DNA from: Chiloscyllium plagiosum
Lineage: Eukaryota
NCBI RefSeq assembly: GCF_004010195.1
Contig: NC_057719.1
Coordinates: forward strand, 83,647,062-83,710,580
Reading direction: 5' to 3'
Length of the DNA: 63,519 nt
Positions 62,325-63,519 of this stretch are shown here, one piece after another (the stretch's first letter is position 1; each line of letters begins with the position of its first letter). The translations under genes were made by a program, and so were the position numbers. Below the pieces are notes generated by a model. That model was not told the DNA's origin. It searched no databases and saw nothing but the letters and a program-made list of their open reading frames with translations.

Positions 62325-62628
62325 AGAGTCACAGAGATGTACAGCAAGGAAACAGACCCTCAACTCATCAATGCCGACCAGGTATCCTAAATTAATCTAT
62401 CCCCATTTGCTAGCATTCGGCCCATATCCCTCTAAACCCTTCCTATTCATATACCCATCCAGATGCCTTTTAAGTGTCCCAGACTCCACCATTTCCTCTG
62501 GCAGCTCATTCCATAGCCACGTACCACCCTCTGCGTGAAAATGTTGGTCCTTAGGTCCCTTTTAAATCTTTCCCCTCTCACCTTAAACCTATGGTCTCCA
62601 GTTTCAGACTCCCCTTATCTGGGGACAA
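62325..62628 (-). mobile_element. CR1/HER1 3' end
   Basis: cacagagatgtacagc..ccctctaaacccttcctattcatatacc. Confidence 0.9.
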
Positions 62629-63371
62629 AGACCCAAATCCCTGAATCAATGGGGTTTGCAACATTTAGCATTGTGTGTCACAGATGCATCATGTGTACAA
62701 TAATCACGCACACACTAACAACAGAGCTTGTGACAAAACCTTGTGAGATTTCGCTAAAGAATTGAAAACATTTACAATTCCAAGTTCAGCATACAACCTG
62801 ATCACCTTAATCAAATTTTCCCCACTTATCTGTTCCAACTCTGATTAGACGTTTTTAATTCTGACAATTCGCATGTTTCTATCCTACATCACTACATTGA
62901 GAAGTGGCTTTCATCATTTGTCATTCATTGGATATTGGGCTAAGAAGGAAGCCATTCAGCCCCTTGAACCTGTCCCACTATCTAACTAGCACATGGATAA
63001 TCTGAATCTCAACCCCGTTTTCCTACCTCAATTGTGTAACCCTGAATAGTCCTGTCCATGAAAATCTAAGAAATTTAATTCTGAGATCTTTAAATAAATG
63101 CGAAGAACTGAAGATGCTGGAGATCTGAAGTGGAGAAACTCAGCAGGGCAGGCTGTATGTGTGGCGAGAGAAACAGAATTAATGCTTTGAGTTGAATCCG
63201 ACATCACTGAAAAGTCATTTTGGACGCGAAACATTGTCTCTCTCCCAACAAGTGCTGAGTTTCCCATAAAGACAGAGAGGGCTAAAGCAGAGAAAAAGAC
63301 CTGCGCCAATTAAAAACAATCACCCAACTATTCTCATCCTGTTTTCCAGCCCTTGACCCACAGTCTCATAT

Positions 63372-63519
63372 GAGCTGAAAATGTGTTGCTGGAAAAGCGC
63401 AGCAGGTCAGGCAGCATCCAAGGAGCAGGAGAATCAACGTTTCAGGCATGAGCCCTTCTTCAAGAATGAGGAAAGTGTGCCAAGCAGGCTAAGATAAAAG
63501 GTAGGGAGGAGGGACTTGG
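63372..63519 (-). mobile_element. Penelope-like element terminal repeat, runs off the window
   Basis: Near-identical to 10182-10331. Confidence 0.9.

Overview
Repeat-dominated eukaryotic genomic DNA, almost certainly from a shark or other elasmobranch: it carries about 22 HE1-type tRNA-derived V-SINEs and many HER1-like CR1 LINE fragments that share the SINE 3' tail. There are four assembly gaps (6941-7060, 10448-10673, 26394-26926, 36767-37044). I recognise no intact host protein-coding gene; nearly all ORFs in the track are transposon remnants or low-complexity artefacts. TE content: CR1 (several families), a second APE-RT LINE with a partner SINE, RTE, Rex1/Babar, Tx1-like L1, L2, Penelope-like elements (PLE, GIY-YIG), a Gypsy solo LTR and internal remnant, a heavily interrupted Ty1/copia (GalEa-like) element, TA-flanked Tigger-like MITEs and several minisatellites. 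The most notable signal is a set of very small PLE-terminus-derived insertions (about 80-240 bp). They carry minimal hammerhead-ribozyme motifs (CUGANGA..GAAA..UH), several have clear target-site duplications, and two fold back as long palindromes. Weaker signal: a series of splice-site-bounded candidate exons on the minus strand in the unique sequence (unidentified gene or lncRNA). All calls are by eye and boundaries are approximate.
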